This document shows, one piece after another, positions 1-8,903 of a stretch of DNA of 64,000 nt (its first letter is position 1; each line of letters starts with the position of its first letter). The stretch is from NCBI GenBank assembly GCA_964502005.1, contig CAZCUX010000001.1:196653-260652 (forward strand). Reading direction: 5' to 3'. This stretch comes from an uncultured Enterobacterales bacterium. Lineage in GTDB: Bacteria > Myxococcota_A > UBA796 > UBA2385. Both the position numbers and the translations under genes were made by a program. Below the pieces are notes generated by a model. It was not told the origin of the DNA. It did not search any database and was given only the letters and a program-made list of their open reading frames with translations.

Positions 1-1
1 T

Positions 2-247
2 TCAGCGGTCAACGCGGCCATTCGCGCCCATATTCACCCGGAGAACCTGCGGTACGTCGTGGTCACCAAGGACGCGGCGGCGCTCCAGGCGTCGTTGTCC
101 GATGGGGTCGCGACGCCGATGTTGTACAGTGGCAGCACTCCGCCGGCAGCGGGAACGCCGGCAGCGGAGCAAGACCAAGCCTGGGCGGCCTTGCCGCTCG
201 GCATCACCGAAACCACCATTGTTCCCGCGATGGGTATCTTTCGGTAG
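2..247 (+). CDS. 3' end of a CDS entering from upstream of the window (C-terminal 81 aa). The family is not securely recognised; the tail loosely resembles the C-terminus of M16-type peptidases.
   Basis: The frame is open from position 2 to TAG at 245-247 (SAVNAAIRAHIHPENLRYVVVTKDAAALQASL...). Third-position G+C is high, as in neighbouring genes. The CDS is truncated by the window edge. Confidence 0.4.
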   Translation, partial: SAVNAAIRAHIHPENLRYVVVTKDAAALQASLSDGVATPMLYSGSTPPAAGTPAAEQDQAWAALPLGITETTIVPAMGIFR

Positions 248-358
248 CGGGATCTGGTGTTGGCGGTAAAGTTGCAACCTTTCCTCAAGGAAATGGGGAG
301 GTTGCCGTAGTGCTGGGGGGGGGAGGCGGCGGACGCGCTTTCCCGTGAGAGAGGCCAA

Positions 359-1597
359 ATGTCGGGAGACGAGCCACGTTGGCACCAAGATGCATCGGTA
401 GATAGCGTCGGACAGGACCGTTTGGCGCGCTCGGTGTTGCGGGTGGTCAGCCAAATCCCTGCCGGGTCGCTGGTTTCGGTGCAAGGTGCGCCGGGCAGCG
501 GGCGCGATGAGTTTGTGCGGCGTGTCGCGTGGTTGGCGAGCACAGCGCGTTCTCGCAGCGCCGAGGTACCGCTCGCGTCGGTTCCGACGGTCGTGTGGTT
601 TGACGCGTGGTCCTGGTGCAAGCAAGGGCATGTCGTCGCGGGCTTGATTTTGGCGGTGGCCGCAGAGCTTCCGACGGCAAGCCCCTTGCGCGAGCGCGCC
701 CGCGAACTGGCGCTGGTGGCCGCGCGAATGCGCTACGATGGCGCAGTGCCCGATGGCCCCGGCTTGACGGCGAGCGCCAACGCGCTGGACCCCGTGGCCG
801 ACATGGGGCGCGCGTTTGCGCAGCTTGTGGCGAAGGTACGGGAAGCAAAGCCAGCCCGGATTCTGCTGGTTGTCGTACACGCCGAACGGTTGACGCCCGC
901 GAGCCGCTGGCAACTCATCGACGCGCTGCGGGTGTTGCTTTCGGAGCGTCCGGAGCTGGTGGGCCTATTGAGCATTGGCCGCGAGGCGATGCTCGATGCG
1001 GTGCGGTCGTATCACGGCGAGATGAACGAACACAGCGCCATGCGGCTGCTGGACGACATCTTCGACCTGAGCCTCACCGTGCCGAGCCTCGAAGTGCGTC
1101 GAATCGGAACGTTGCTGCGCACGGCGATTGGAGAGGCAGAAGGCACGATTCGGCGCAGTTTTGGCAGGGAAGCCCTCACGGGGCTCGCTGCGGCGGTGGC
1201 CCATCGCCCGCTTGGTTCGCCGCGGTTCATCGAGCGCCTGGCTTGGCGCACGGTGCTTCTCGCGGAGTATGCGGCCGAAGTGCGCGCAACGCGCGTGTTG
1301 ACGGAAGCGCAGTGGGCGTGGGTCATTGTGTCTGAGCGGTGGCCGGAGTTTCGGCGCTTCATGATTCGCGGTGGGCGCCAGCGGTGGGTCGAGCTGGCGC
1401 GGGTCATTCACGACATGTCCGCGGCGCAATCGGATCGGCCCGCGGTCGTAGCGGAGGACGGACCCCGCAGCATCGCCGCGTGGCTCGACGAAGACCCCAT
1501 TCTCCGCGACTACCTGCGGCTCAACGCCCAGGGCTTGGCGCAGGACGGGGAGGGGATATTTTGGCTCGAGAGCTTATTGTTGGCGGCGGGGCTGTGA
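359..1597 (+). CDS. KAP-family-like P-loop protein with degenerate Walker A and B motifs
   Basis: ATG at 359. The N-terminal layout is typical of KAP NTPases: D-x-LGR-like DSVGQDRLARSVLRVV, then a P-loop position reading GAPGSGRD instead of GxxGxGK[ST], then VVWFDAWSW (the FNAW-type block). The Walker B position reads ILLVVVHAERL instead of hhhhDDLDR. Confidence 0.6.
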   Translation: MSGDEPRWHQDASVDSVGQDRLARSVLRVVSQIPAGSLVSVQGAPGSGRDEFVRRVAWLASTARSRSAEVPLASVPTVVWFDAWSWCKQGHVVAGLILAVAAELPTASPLRERARELALVAARMRYDGAVPDGPGLTASANALDPVADMGRAFAQLVAKVREAKPARILLVVVHAERLTPASRWQLIDALRVLLSERPELVGLLSIGREAMLDAVRSYHGEMNEHSAMRLLDDIFDLSLTVPSLEVRRIGTLLRTAIGEAEGTIRRSFGREALTGLAAAVAHRPLGSPRFIERLAWRTVLLAEYAAEVRATRVLTEAQWAWVIVSERWPEFRRFMIRGGRQRWVELARVIHDMSAAQSDRPAVVAEDGPRSIAAWLDEDPILRDYLRLNAQGLAQDGEGIFWLESLLLAAGL

Positions 1598-1598
1598 C

Positions 1599-1814
1599 AT
1601 GGGACGGCGAGCGCACGTTGCGGCGGTGGTCATGGATACGGGAACGCGCATCATAAAGGCCCTTCCGCGGCGTTGGGTCGACCGTTTGGAGAGACGTTTT
1701 TTTTACGCGCTGTTTCAAGTGACGCGCGTTGAAAATGATGACTATGGGCAGGTTGTGGTGCCACCGCCCGGAGATGGCAGACCCAAAGAGTCCAACCAAG
1801 TCGTCGAGAACTGA
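1599..1814 (+). CDS. Possible small ORF (71 aa) immediately after the KAP-like gene; coding status uncertain
   Basis: ATG at 1599 lies 1 nt after the TGA at 1595-1597. Third-position G+C is visibly lower than in neighbouring genes and the ORF contains a T8 run. I recognise no family. Confidence 0.25.
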   Translation: MGRRAHVAAVVMDTGTRIIKALPRRWVDRLERRFFYALFQVTRVENDDYGQVVVPPPGDGRPKESNQVVEN

Positions 1815-1888
1815 CCGAGATCGGTCAAATTGGTTGGAAATACGAGCCCTCCTTCCGGTAGTGTCACCGGTGCATGCAGGGAGGTCCG

Positions 1889-2728
1889 ATGTTTCGCTCG
1901 TTTTTTGGGTTGGGTGCGGTGTGGCTCACCGGTTGTGTCTCCAAGGGCACGGCGGACGCCCGCTTGGTGGATGGCTTGACCGGACAGCCGCGGGCAGAAG
2001 TACCGGTGTTGTTGGAGGCCATCGCCACCGACGACCTCACTTGCAAGGTCTTTGATGGGAAGACCGACGCCGACGGGCGGGTCCATATCGAAGGAACCTG
2101 CCCCAATACCGCCTACCGCCTCAAAGTGAAGGACGACAATCTCGTGGTCGTCGGCGATTCGACCGTCGAAGGGGGCGTCGTGGACGGGCCGTTGTTGGAG
2201 CTGAAAACGTGGCGCGCGCCCAAGAGTCCGGGGGTGTACTTGCTCGACAACGACACCGCGTCCAACGTGCGCACGCGCACCAAGATTATGCGCGACGAAA
2301 AAATCGCGGGGACGGACATTGTCGCGCCGTATCCGGAGTCGGTCTTCAAGAACCCCACCGCGGTCGAGCCCGGGCGCTACCTCGTGTTGGTGGGCGAAGC
2401 GACCATCGAAAAGACACAAATCGTGCCTGTGATTCGTGAGCCCGAGAAGCGAACGTTCGCCAGCGGTGCGTCGCTCACCGGACATGCTTTCTTGGGCATT
2501 CGATTTACCTCGGACACCGAATACGAGACGGTCTCCGCGGTGATCGACGAATCCAAGCTCATTGTCGCAGGGGAGGGCGAGCGCGCGGTGCGGTACTTGT
2601 CAACCGACGCGCTGCCGCCGGGCCAATATGCGCTGTTCAAGGATGGCGATTGGGACGCGATGATTGTGGGCTTTGGTCCTGCTGCGGCGGCTCCTGCGCC
2701 AGAGGCTGCGCCGCCCGCCGAAGACTGA
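1889..2728 (+). CDS. Lipoprotein, function unknown
   Basis: ATG at 1889 is preceded by GGGAGG 5 nt upstream. The signal peptide has a lipobox: MFRSFFGLGAVWLTGC. The C-terminus is Ala/Pro-rich. An alternative ATG at 1874 is in frame. Confidence 0.7.
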   Translation: MFRSFFGLGAVWLTGCVSKGTADARLVDGLTGQPRAEVPVLLEAIATDDLTCKVFDGKTDADGRVHIEGTCPNTAYRLKVKDDNLVVVGDSTVEGGVVDGPLLELKTWRAPKSPGVYLLDNDTASNVRTRTKIMRDEKIAGTDIVAPYPESVFKNPTAVEPGRYLVLVGEATIEKTQIVPVIREPEKRTFASGASLTGHAFLGIRFTSDTEYETVSAVIDESKLIVAGEGERAVRYLSTDALPPGQYALFKDGDWDAMIVGFGPAAAAPAPEAAPPAED

Positions 2729-2742
2729 ATCGCGATTCAGTC
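2723..2742. terminator. Perfect 20-nt palindrome between convergent genes; candidate bidirectional terminator hairpin
   Basis: gactgaatcg/cgattcagtc is exactly self-complementary. It overlaps the TGA stop at 2726-2728. There is no U tract. Confidence 0.45.
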
Positions 2743-2845
2743 GCCGCTCGCAAAGAGCGCCAACGACAAACGGGCCGACGTGAAGACGCGGCCCGAGAGG
2801 GTACGAGAAGGCGGTGATTGCCGGGCCGCGGTAGGCCCGCGCGGG

Positions 2846-3145
2846 TCAGCCGTTGGTGAAATCGCCGAATTCGCGGCGCTTCATCCACTCGGGGAAGCCG
2901 GCGCCCATGTTGGTGCCAGCCCAATTGCGGCTAATGCGCGCAACGAAGAGGCGGTCGCCCGCTTCGACGTTCATGAACTGCTTGAGGTGGTCGCGGATTC
3001 CTCGGGCACCCATGCGGTTGGTCTCCAAGAAATACACGCCGGGGATACGGTTCGACCAGTTTCCGAGGGTCTTGATAGCGGCGTCCACCCGCTCTTTGAC
3101 GATGACGTCACCACTCTGGAACTCGACGGAGATCATGAAAACCAT
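2846..3145 (-). CDS. Small hypothetical protein (99 aa)
   Basis: The internal ATG at 3145 (MVFMISVEFQSGDVIVKERVDAAIKTLGNW...) starts the protein-like part of the 162-aa track ORF. The upstream extension is Arg/Pro-rich and overlaps the divergent promoter region. Confidence 0.55.
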   Translation of the reverse strand: MVFMISVEFQSGDVIVKERVDAAIKTLGNWSNRIPGVYFLETNRMGARGIRDHLKQFMNVEAGDRLFVARISRNWAGTNMGAGFPEWMKRREFGDFTNG

Positions 3146-3245
3146 TGGCGCGCCTCTGGGTTCGCGGTTGGCGGACAGGCTAACCCAACTCCAGCCGCGG
3201 GGCCGCAATCGAGATACGACGCGGCCCTGATTGGAGGTTGGGTCC

Positions 3246-3959
3246 ATGAACGTATTGGTCACCGGTGGCTCGCGTGGAATCGGCCGCGCCATCGCTCTCA
3301 AGCTCGCCCGTCCGGGCGGTACCGTCGTAATCAACTACCTTCGCAATGACGCGCGTGCGCGGCAAGTAGCGGAGGAAGTCGAGGCGAAAGGCGCGCGTGC
3401 GATTGTCGTGCAGGCAGATGTGCGGAGCGAGGGCGACCTCAAGCGCCTCGCCGCTGCGGTCGACGGCGTGGATGTCCTCGTTCACAATGCCGCCGTGGGC
3501 GCGATGAAGTCGTACGACAAAATGCGTACTTCCCATTGGGACCTCACCCTCGAGAGCTCGTTGCGTCCGTTTTGGCTATTGACCAAGCTGGTGCGTATGA
3601 ACGCAGGCGGCAGCGTCATTGGAATCAGCTCCATGGGCTCCCAGCGCTACATTCCGGGCTACATCGCTATGGGCGCGTCCAAGGGCGGCCTCGAAGCGAT
3701 GACCCGGCAGTTGGCCGTCGAGTTGGCCCCCCAGAAGGTGCGGGTCAACACCGTTTGTGGCGGCCTGATTGAGACCGAGACCCTCGCGTACCTCACGGAA
3801 GGGGAGAAGATGCTCCAGTTCGCGCGGGAATATACGCCCCTCGGTCGCGCGGGTTCGCCGGACGATATCGCTGGAGCCGTGGCGATGTTGGTCAGTCCCG
3901 ATGCTGCGTGGGTCACCGGGCAGGTCGTGGTCGTAGATGGTGGCCTGTCCTTGTTGTGA
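3246..3959 (+). CDS. SDR-family oxidoreductase, FabL-like enoyl-ACP reductase type
   Basis: GGAGG lies 8 nt upstream of ATG 3246. The cofactor motif is VLVTGGSRGIGRAIA. There is an NAAVG block. The Y-x6-K spacing (YIAMGASK) is characteristic of enoyl-reductase-type SDRs rather than classical Y-x3-K. Confidence 0.8.
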   Translation: MNVLVTGGSRGIGRAIALKLARPGGTVVINYLRNDARARQVAEEVEAKGARAIVVQADVRSEGDLKRLAAAVDGVDVLVHNAAVGAMKSYDKMRTSHWDLTLESSLRPFWLLTKLVRMNAGGSVIGISSMGSQRYIPGYIAMGASKGGLEAMTRQLAVELAPQKVRVNTVCGGLIETETLAYLTEGEKMLQFAREYTPLGRAGSPDDIAGAVAMLVSPDAAWVTGQVVVVDGGLSLL

Positions 3960-4067
3960 CAGATGCGGCGCGCCACCGTTTTGACCCTTGATGGGGTCGC
4001 AACGGTGCGCAGGATGAACGGAGTCGCGTGGGGGGTTGCGCCCTGCAGCGGGTTGACGGAGGTGCGG

Positions 4068-4724
4068 ATGGGTCGCGAGCGTTCGTCCGAGGTAGAAGCC
4101 GACATTATCGACGTCGACCCTGGTGGGGCAGGCGACGCACCGCGTCCGTCCGACGACGCCGGTGGGCATTCGTCGGAGGACTTCTGGAATGGCGGCGTGT
4201 TCAAGCGCCTCAACATCGAGGTCGACCCCGATGCCGTCGATGAGTCCGTCCAGCGTATCGTCGACCAAATCAAGCGCGGGGTCGTGCGGGGTCGTTATAC
4301 CAAGGTTCGTATCAAGTTCAAAGGTAAGCCGCTCGTCCGCGATATTCCCCTCAGTGTCTTTGTTGCCGCAGAGGCGGTTAGTTTTGTATACGTCGGTTTG
4401 CTAAAGGCATTGGTGGTCAATCTTGGCGCGCGGGCGGTCATTGACGTCGAGCTCATTTATGAGGCGGACGAAGACGTCGCAGAGGGCCGTGCCCAGTGGG
4501 AAGCGGGGGAAGTGCAGGCAGCCGAACGCGCGTATCGGGCGGCGTTGGCCAAGGAGCCCAAGCACACCGAAGCACTGTATCGACTGGGCGTGCTGCTGCG
4601 GGTCACCGGGCAGCGCGACGAAGCTATTCAGCGGCTCGAAGCGGCAGCCGCAGCGGAAGGGCCTATGGCGGACCTCGCGCGCGAAGCCCTCGACCGCATG
4701 AAGCGCGGCCCGCGCACGCTTTGA
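4068..4724 (+). CDS. DUF4342-like domain protein with C-terminal TPR-like repeat
   Basis: GGAGG lies 6 nt upstream of ATG 4068. The core KVRIKFKGKPLVRDIPLSVFVAAEAVSFVYVGLLKALVVNLGARAVIDVELIYE fits the DUF4342 pattern. The C-terminus (AERAYRAALAKEPKHTEALYRLGVLL) is TPR-like. The track ORF starts earlier, at 3963. Confidence 0.6.
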   Translation: MGRERSSEVEADIIDVDPGGAGDAPRPSDDAGGHSSEDFWNGGVFKRLNIEVDPDAVDESVQRIVDQIKRGVVRGRYTKVRIKFKGKPLVRDIPLSVFVAAEAVSFVYVGLLKALVVNLGARAVIDVELIYEADEDVAEGRAQWEAGEVQAAERAYRAALAKEPKHTEALYRLGVLLRVTGQRDEAIQRLEAAAAAEGPMADLAREALDRMKRGPRTL

Positions 4725-4839
4725 GCCGCGGTGCGACTGCGGCGCGGGGAGGGTTCGGGCGGAGACCAATTCCTGTCCCAGATCGGTCGAAGCGGGTGCG
4801 AACCTTGGCCGAATCGCGCACGGTTCGATACCTGCTCGC

Positions 4840-5649
4840 ATGACTGTATCTCCTACGCACTTGTTGTCGGCCGACCTTCGGGGTCGGCATGCCCTTGTTT
4901 GTGGTGCCAGCGCCGGCATCGGTCGGGCCACCGCCCTGGCCTTGGCGGCCCAAGGCGCGCGCATCACCGCCCTCGCCCGGCGGGCAGACCGCCTCGAAGG
5001 CTTGTTGCCGGAGCTGCGGGCGGCGGGCGCGCCATCGGCCGTCGCGTTGGTGGCGGACTTTGATGCCCGCGACCAACTGTTCGCTTCGGTTCGTGCGGTG
5101 GTGGTTGAGCAAGGCCCCGTCCACATTCTCATCCACAATACGGGGGGGCCGGCGGGGGGCCCTTTGCTCGAAGCTCCCGGCGACGCCCTTTCGGCAGCGT
5201 TTGCGCGGCACGTCCTTACGGCCCATGGTCTGGCGCAAATTTTGGTGCCAGGCATGATAGAAGCCGGATTTGGTCGTATTGTCAACATCGTTTCTACAAG
5301 TGTCTACGAGCCCATTCCGGGGCTGGGCGTGAGCAACACCATTCGGGGCGCGATGGCGAGCTGGGCCAAGTCCTTGGCGGACGAGCTGCCGCCGGGTGTC
5401 ACCATCAACAACGTGTTGCCGGGCTTCACCGACACCGAGCGCTTGGCGGTCTTGGCTGAAGGACGGGCAGCGCGCGCGGGCACCGACGCCGGGGCCGTTC
5501 GCACCGCCTGGGTTGGGCAAGTCCCCGAAGGACGCCTCGCACGTCCCGAAGAAACGGCAGCCGCCGTGGCCTTTTTGTGCTCACCGGCCGCTGGTTATAT
5601 TCGTGGCGTCAGCCTTCCGGTCGACGGAGGCCGGCTGCGCGGCGTATAA
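4840..5649 (+). CDS. SDR-family oxidoreductase
   Basis: ALVCGASAGIGRATALALA is the TGxxxGxG-type motif. The text also shows IHNTGGP and the C-terminal GYIRGVSLPVDGG. Confidence 0.85.
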   Translation: MTVSPTHLLSADLRGRHALVCGASAGIGRATALALAAQGARITALARRADRLEGLLPELRAAGAPSAVALVADFDARDQLFASVRAVVVEQGPVHILIHNTGGPAGGPLLEAPGDALSAAFARHVLTAHGLAQILVPGMIEAGFGRIVNIVSTSVYEPIPGLGVSNTIRGAMASWAKSLADELPPGVTINNVLPGFTDTERLAVLAEGRAARAGTDAGAVRTAWVGQVPEGRLARPEETAAAVAFLCSPAAGYIRGVSLPVDGGRLRGV

Positions 5650-5750
5650 GCGCGAACATCGGTAGGTTCGGCGTTCGCGGTCGACCGTTTTGTGCTTTGG
5701 GTGGCCCCACAGGTCCACACCACAACCCTCGGAAGGGTGGGAAGGCAATC

Positions 5751-6992
5751 ATGCAGTACGATGTGTTTTTTAGCATCAGCCAAACCCCCGTGCGTGGGCA
5801 TTGTCCGTCCGAAGCGGAGATGTTTCGGGCGTTTTTTGACCAAGTGCAAGTGGCGGACGAGCTCGGCTACGGCACCGCGTGGGTCGCGGAAGCGCACCTG
5901 AGCACCGAGGTGCAGCAGCGGCATTCGCGGGCGGTGGTCCCCCATTGGCGTGGCGAGATTGGCCTGAACACCGATATTTTCCAGCTTGCACACCAGGTCT
6001 TCGCGCGCACCAAGCGGATTCATGTGGGCAGCGCCGTGACCAATATTTTGTGCAACGGTGGACCGGTGGCGGCGGCGGAACGTATTGCGGCCTTCGCGGC
6101 CTTGCATGGGCTCAATCCTGAAGAGCGGCGCACGCTACAGTTTGGTTTCTCGGCGGGGCGCTTTGAGTTTATGAACCGCGCGTATGGCATGGAGCCGCGC
6201 AATGCGCTCGAAGCGGTGGCGTGGCCGGCGTTGCGGGGGCAGATTTTCGGTCAGGGCTGCGAAATCTTGCTGCGTCTGATGAATGGCGAAGCGTTGGCGG
6301 GTTCCGACATCCCCGAGGTGGTGCTCGACCGGTCCTTTTTCCGCTCCGACGCCGACTGGGCGCGGGTGCAAGATGCGGCCCGCGCCGAAGGTCGCACGGA
6401 CCTCGACGCCATTCGCTTCGACCGTTGGTGGAACTTTGAGGTGCTGCGTATTGTGCCGCGCGAGTGGCGGCGCGAGTTGGTCGACCTTGTGGTCGGAAGC
6501 CACGACCCTGCGCTCCAAGAAGCCCTCAATCGCTGGCGTCCCGTCAAGGTGTTCAACCTTTCGATTACCCGGCCCGAGGTCATTGAAGACACCCATCGCC
6601 GGCTCGCGGCGGCCTTTCACGCGGACGGCGGACCTTGGAAGCGCGAATATATGCCGCGCACGGTCATGGTCTTCTTGAACGCACAGGCGGGCTTGTCGGC
6701 GGAGGAGCAGCAAAAGGCCGCCGAAGCGGAGGCCCAGGAGGCGCTCTCGGCCTATTGGACAGCCCTAGAAGGCACGCTCGACCCGGGCAAGGTCGCCCAA
6801 GCCACCGACAACGCTATCATCGGCAATGTCGAGAGCGTCGCGGCGCAGCTTGTCGACCGTTTTCACCCCGATGACCGCTTGATGTTGTGGTTCGACTTCT
6901 TCAACCACGACAGCGCGCGTGTCATCGAAAATATGCGCGCATTTCAAGAGCAGGTGGCGCCGGCAGTCGCCGCGCGCTTGGGTCAGGCGTAG
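5751..6992 (+). CDS. LLM-class (luciferase-like) flavin-dependent oxidoreductase
   Basis: ATG 5751 follows GGAAGG. The N-terminus MQYDVFFSISQTP...ADELGYGTAWVAEAHL is typical of luciferase-like monooxygenases. The 5' part of the track ORF (5577-5750) is Arg-rich and non-protein-like. The 3' end overlaps the convergent gene by 10 nt. Confidence 0.8.
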   Translation: MQYDVFFSISQTPVRGHCPSEAEMFRAFFDQVQVADELGYGTAWVAEAHLSTEVQQRHSRAVVPHWRGEIGLNTDIFQLAHQVFARTKRIHVGSAVTNILCNGGPVAAAERIAAFAALHGLNPEERRTLQFGFSAGRFEFMNRAYGMEPRNALEAVAWPALRGQIFGQGCEILLRLMNGEALAGSDIPEVVLDRSFFRSDADWARVQDAARAEGRTDLDAIRFDRWWNFEVLRIVPREWRRELVDLVVGSHDPALQEALNRWRPVKVFNLSITRPEVIEDTHRRLAAAFHADGGPWKREYMPRTVMVFLNAQAGLSAEEQQKAAEAEAQEALSAYWTALEGTLDPGKVAQATDNAIIGNVESVAAQLVDRFHPDDRLMLWFDFFNHDSARVIENMRAFQEQVAPAVAARLGQA

Positions 6993-8629
6993 CGGTCGGC
7001 GAGGGCCAGCTCTATCTGTTGGCCCTCAAGCACGAGTTCGGCGATGTATGCACCGAGCTGCGCGCGGTCCCCCGCCTTGGCCGCGTGCTCCAACTGGCGG
7101 CACACCAACTCAATCCGCAGGGCGCCGACGGTCGCTGCCGCACCTTTGACCCGGTGGGCGGTGCGCGCGATGGTGTGCAGGTCGTCATCGCCCAAGGCGG
7201 TAGCGAGGGTGGGGTGGGACTCGGTGAGGTCGTCGAGGAACTTCGTCAACACGCGATTGACGAGGTCTTGACCTGGGCTGAGCGCCTGAAGCGTGCCGAT
7301 GGTTTGGGGGTCGAGGACCGGCAGCGTCTCGCTCTCGGTGGGCGTAGGCGGGAACAAGTGCGGAAGCAGCACGCTCTCGATGTCGTGGGTAGACACGGGC
7401 TTCGAAACCACGCCGTCAATGGGAGCATCGCGGAGTGAGGCGGGAAGCGACCCTTCGGAAAACCCCGAGCAGACGATGATGGCGCGCGGGCGGCGTGCGG
7501 GTCCGAAATGGTGGACTGCGTCGACCAAGGCGCGCGCGTCGGTGTCGCGCAGCATCGCGTCGACAATCAGGAGGTCAAACTTCTCGGCGTGGGCGCTCAC
7601 GATGGCCTCGGCGCGGGACTGGCGGTGAACCACATCGACCCCGAGGAGCTCGATACGCCCGATGGTAAGAAGGGAGGTGACAGCGTCGTCTTCGACCAGC
7701 AGCACCCGCGGCCGCTGGGGCGCGGCGGACGGCGCCGTGCGTGGGGCGACGCGGGACACGGGCGCTGCGGTCACCGGCAAGCGTACCTCGACGCCGTGGC
7801 CCTCCACCAAGACCTCGGCGCCCATCGCGTGCGCGAGGGTTTGGACCAGGATGTCGACCTCGGTGCCGCTATGGTTGGGTGACAGCTGCCACACGACATG
7901 CTGGGCTGGCGCGTCGTAGTCAACGAGGATGGTCGCCGGGGCAGACGGATGGAAATACGCGCGAAAAACGGCGGTCAGCAGCGCGACGATGCCTTCGGGC
8001 GCACCGGTCCAGGCATGGGTGAGGTCGGGCGGGACATGGACCGAAAGCGGGCCGTGGCGCCCAAAGTGGCCGTCGCAAGCGCGGTGGGTCACGGTTGCAG
8101 TGTCCCAGGACGTCGCATTTGGTTCGTCAAAAGCAGCCTTCATGCGTTGCTTGAAGTCAACGAGGCCCGACAGCGAATCGTTTGTCTGCAAGAGGGAGTC
8201 GTGGAGGCGTTTCCGCAGCACTGCATCGCGCCCCAACGATTGTATCGCGAGGGGCACCAACGCGGTGTGAAGGCTGGACGTGGTATCGTTCGCGAGAACC
8301 ACGATATAGTCGCCGCTTCCACCGAACCATGTCGCGACGATGGCGTGGACGGCGTCGCCCAAGTGGCTGCGTCCACCCACCATCGTGGCTTCGCCCATCA
8401 CTTGCGCTTCTTCCACGGCATGTTGCCACTGAAGGTCGTCGAGGTGCAGCGCTTGGGCGAGCGAATGCGCCGCGAGACGTGCGCGGTCGATGCCGAGAAT
8501 GCGCGCGGACGCCAAATTGGCGTAGGACATTTGCCCCTGGGCATCGACGATGACGACTCCCATTGGCAAAGACGCGAGGATGCTGTGCGCATCCGCGATT
8601 TCCAAAATCTGGGGGCCGTGTTCGCCCAT
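6983..8629 (-). CDS. PAS / degenerate kinase-like / receiver / HPt phosphorelay protein
   Basis: ATG 8629 follows GGGAG. The PAS-like N-terminus is LPMGVVIVDAQGQMSYANLASARILG. The REC domain has RVLLVEDD...DLLIVDAML...VSKP. The C-terminal HPt motif is AHRVKGAAATVGA. No H-box, N, G1 or G2 boxes are visible in the middle region. Confidence 0.75.
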   Translation of the reverse strand: MGEHGPQILEIADAHSILASLPMGVVIVDAQGQMSYANLASARILGIDRARLAAHSLAQALHLDDLQWQHAVEEAQVMGEATMVGGRSHLGDAVHAIVATWFGGSGDYIVVLANDTTSSLHTALVPLAIQSLGRDAVLRKRLHDSLLQTNDSLSGLVDFKQRMKAAFDEPNATSWDTATVTHRACDGHFGRHGPLSVHVPPDLTHAWTGAPEGIVALLTAVFRAYFHPSAPATILVDYDAPAQHVVWQLSPNHSGTEVDILVQTLAHAMGAEVLVEGHGVEVRLPVTAAPVSRVAPRTAPSAAPQRPRVLLVEDDAVTSLLTIGRIELLGVDVVHRQSRAEAIVSAHAEKFDLLIVDAMLRDTDARALVDAVHHFGPARRPRAIIVCSGFSEGSLPASLRDAPIDGVVSKPVSTHDIESVLLPHLFPPTPTESETLPVLDPQTIGTLQALSPGQDLVNRVLTKFLDDLTESHPTLATALGDDDLHTIARTAHRVKGAAATVGALRIELVCRQLEHAAKAGDRAQLGAYIAELVLEGQQIELALADRYA

Positions 8630-8849
8630 ACTTATGCTCCCGGTACGAGACAAGAATCGGCATCTGCGGAGGGAGGATTGATAGGGGTCTGCGTGGTCGC
8701 GGAAAAGAACGCGAACGCGGGCCGATAGGTCCCTAACGCTGTTGAATGCGAAATGCTCCGCGCAAACGTTGGGATGTTTGGGGATTTTGGTTTGTGATTC
8801 GACAAAAATGTAGTATATTACTGATTTGCCGAAGTCGTCGACGAATTTG

Positions 8850-8866
8850 CAGATATGGAATATCTG
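8850..8866. promoter_or_regulatory. Palindromic operator-like site in an AT-rich intergenic island
   Basis: CAGATAT-gga-ATATCTG is a perfect 7-bp inverted repeat. It is flanked by direct TTTGCAGA repeats at 8847-8854 and 8875-8882. It lies upstream of the sensor gene on the minus strand. Confidence 0.35.
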
Positions 8867-8903
8867 TCGTATAGTTTTGCAGAGAGATAGATAAACAATA
8901 CGC

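Noticed and set aside
1697-1704. T8 run considered as an intrinsic terminator after the KAP-like gene
   Set aside because: I could not find a stable GC-rich stem immediately upstream of the T run.
2846-3145. Superficial resemblance of the 99-aa protein to Cas2-like ferredoxin-fold proteins
   Set aside because: The resemblance is only a vague pattern (W...GVY...IRD). There is no cas1, no repeat array, and no confident motif match. The protein is left as hypothetical.
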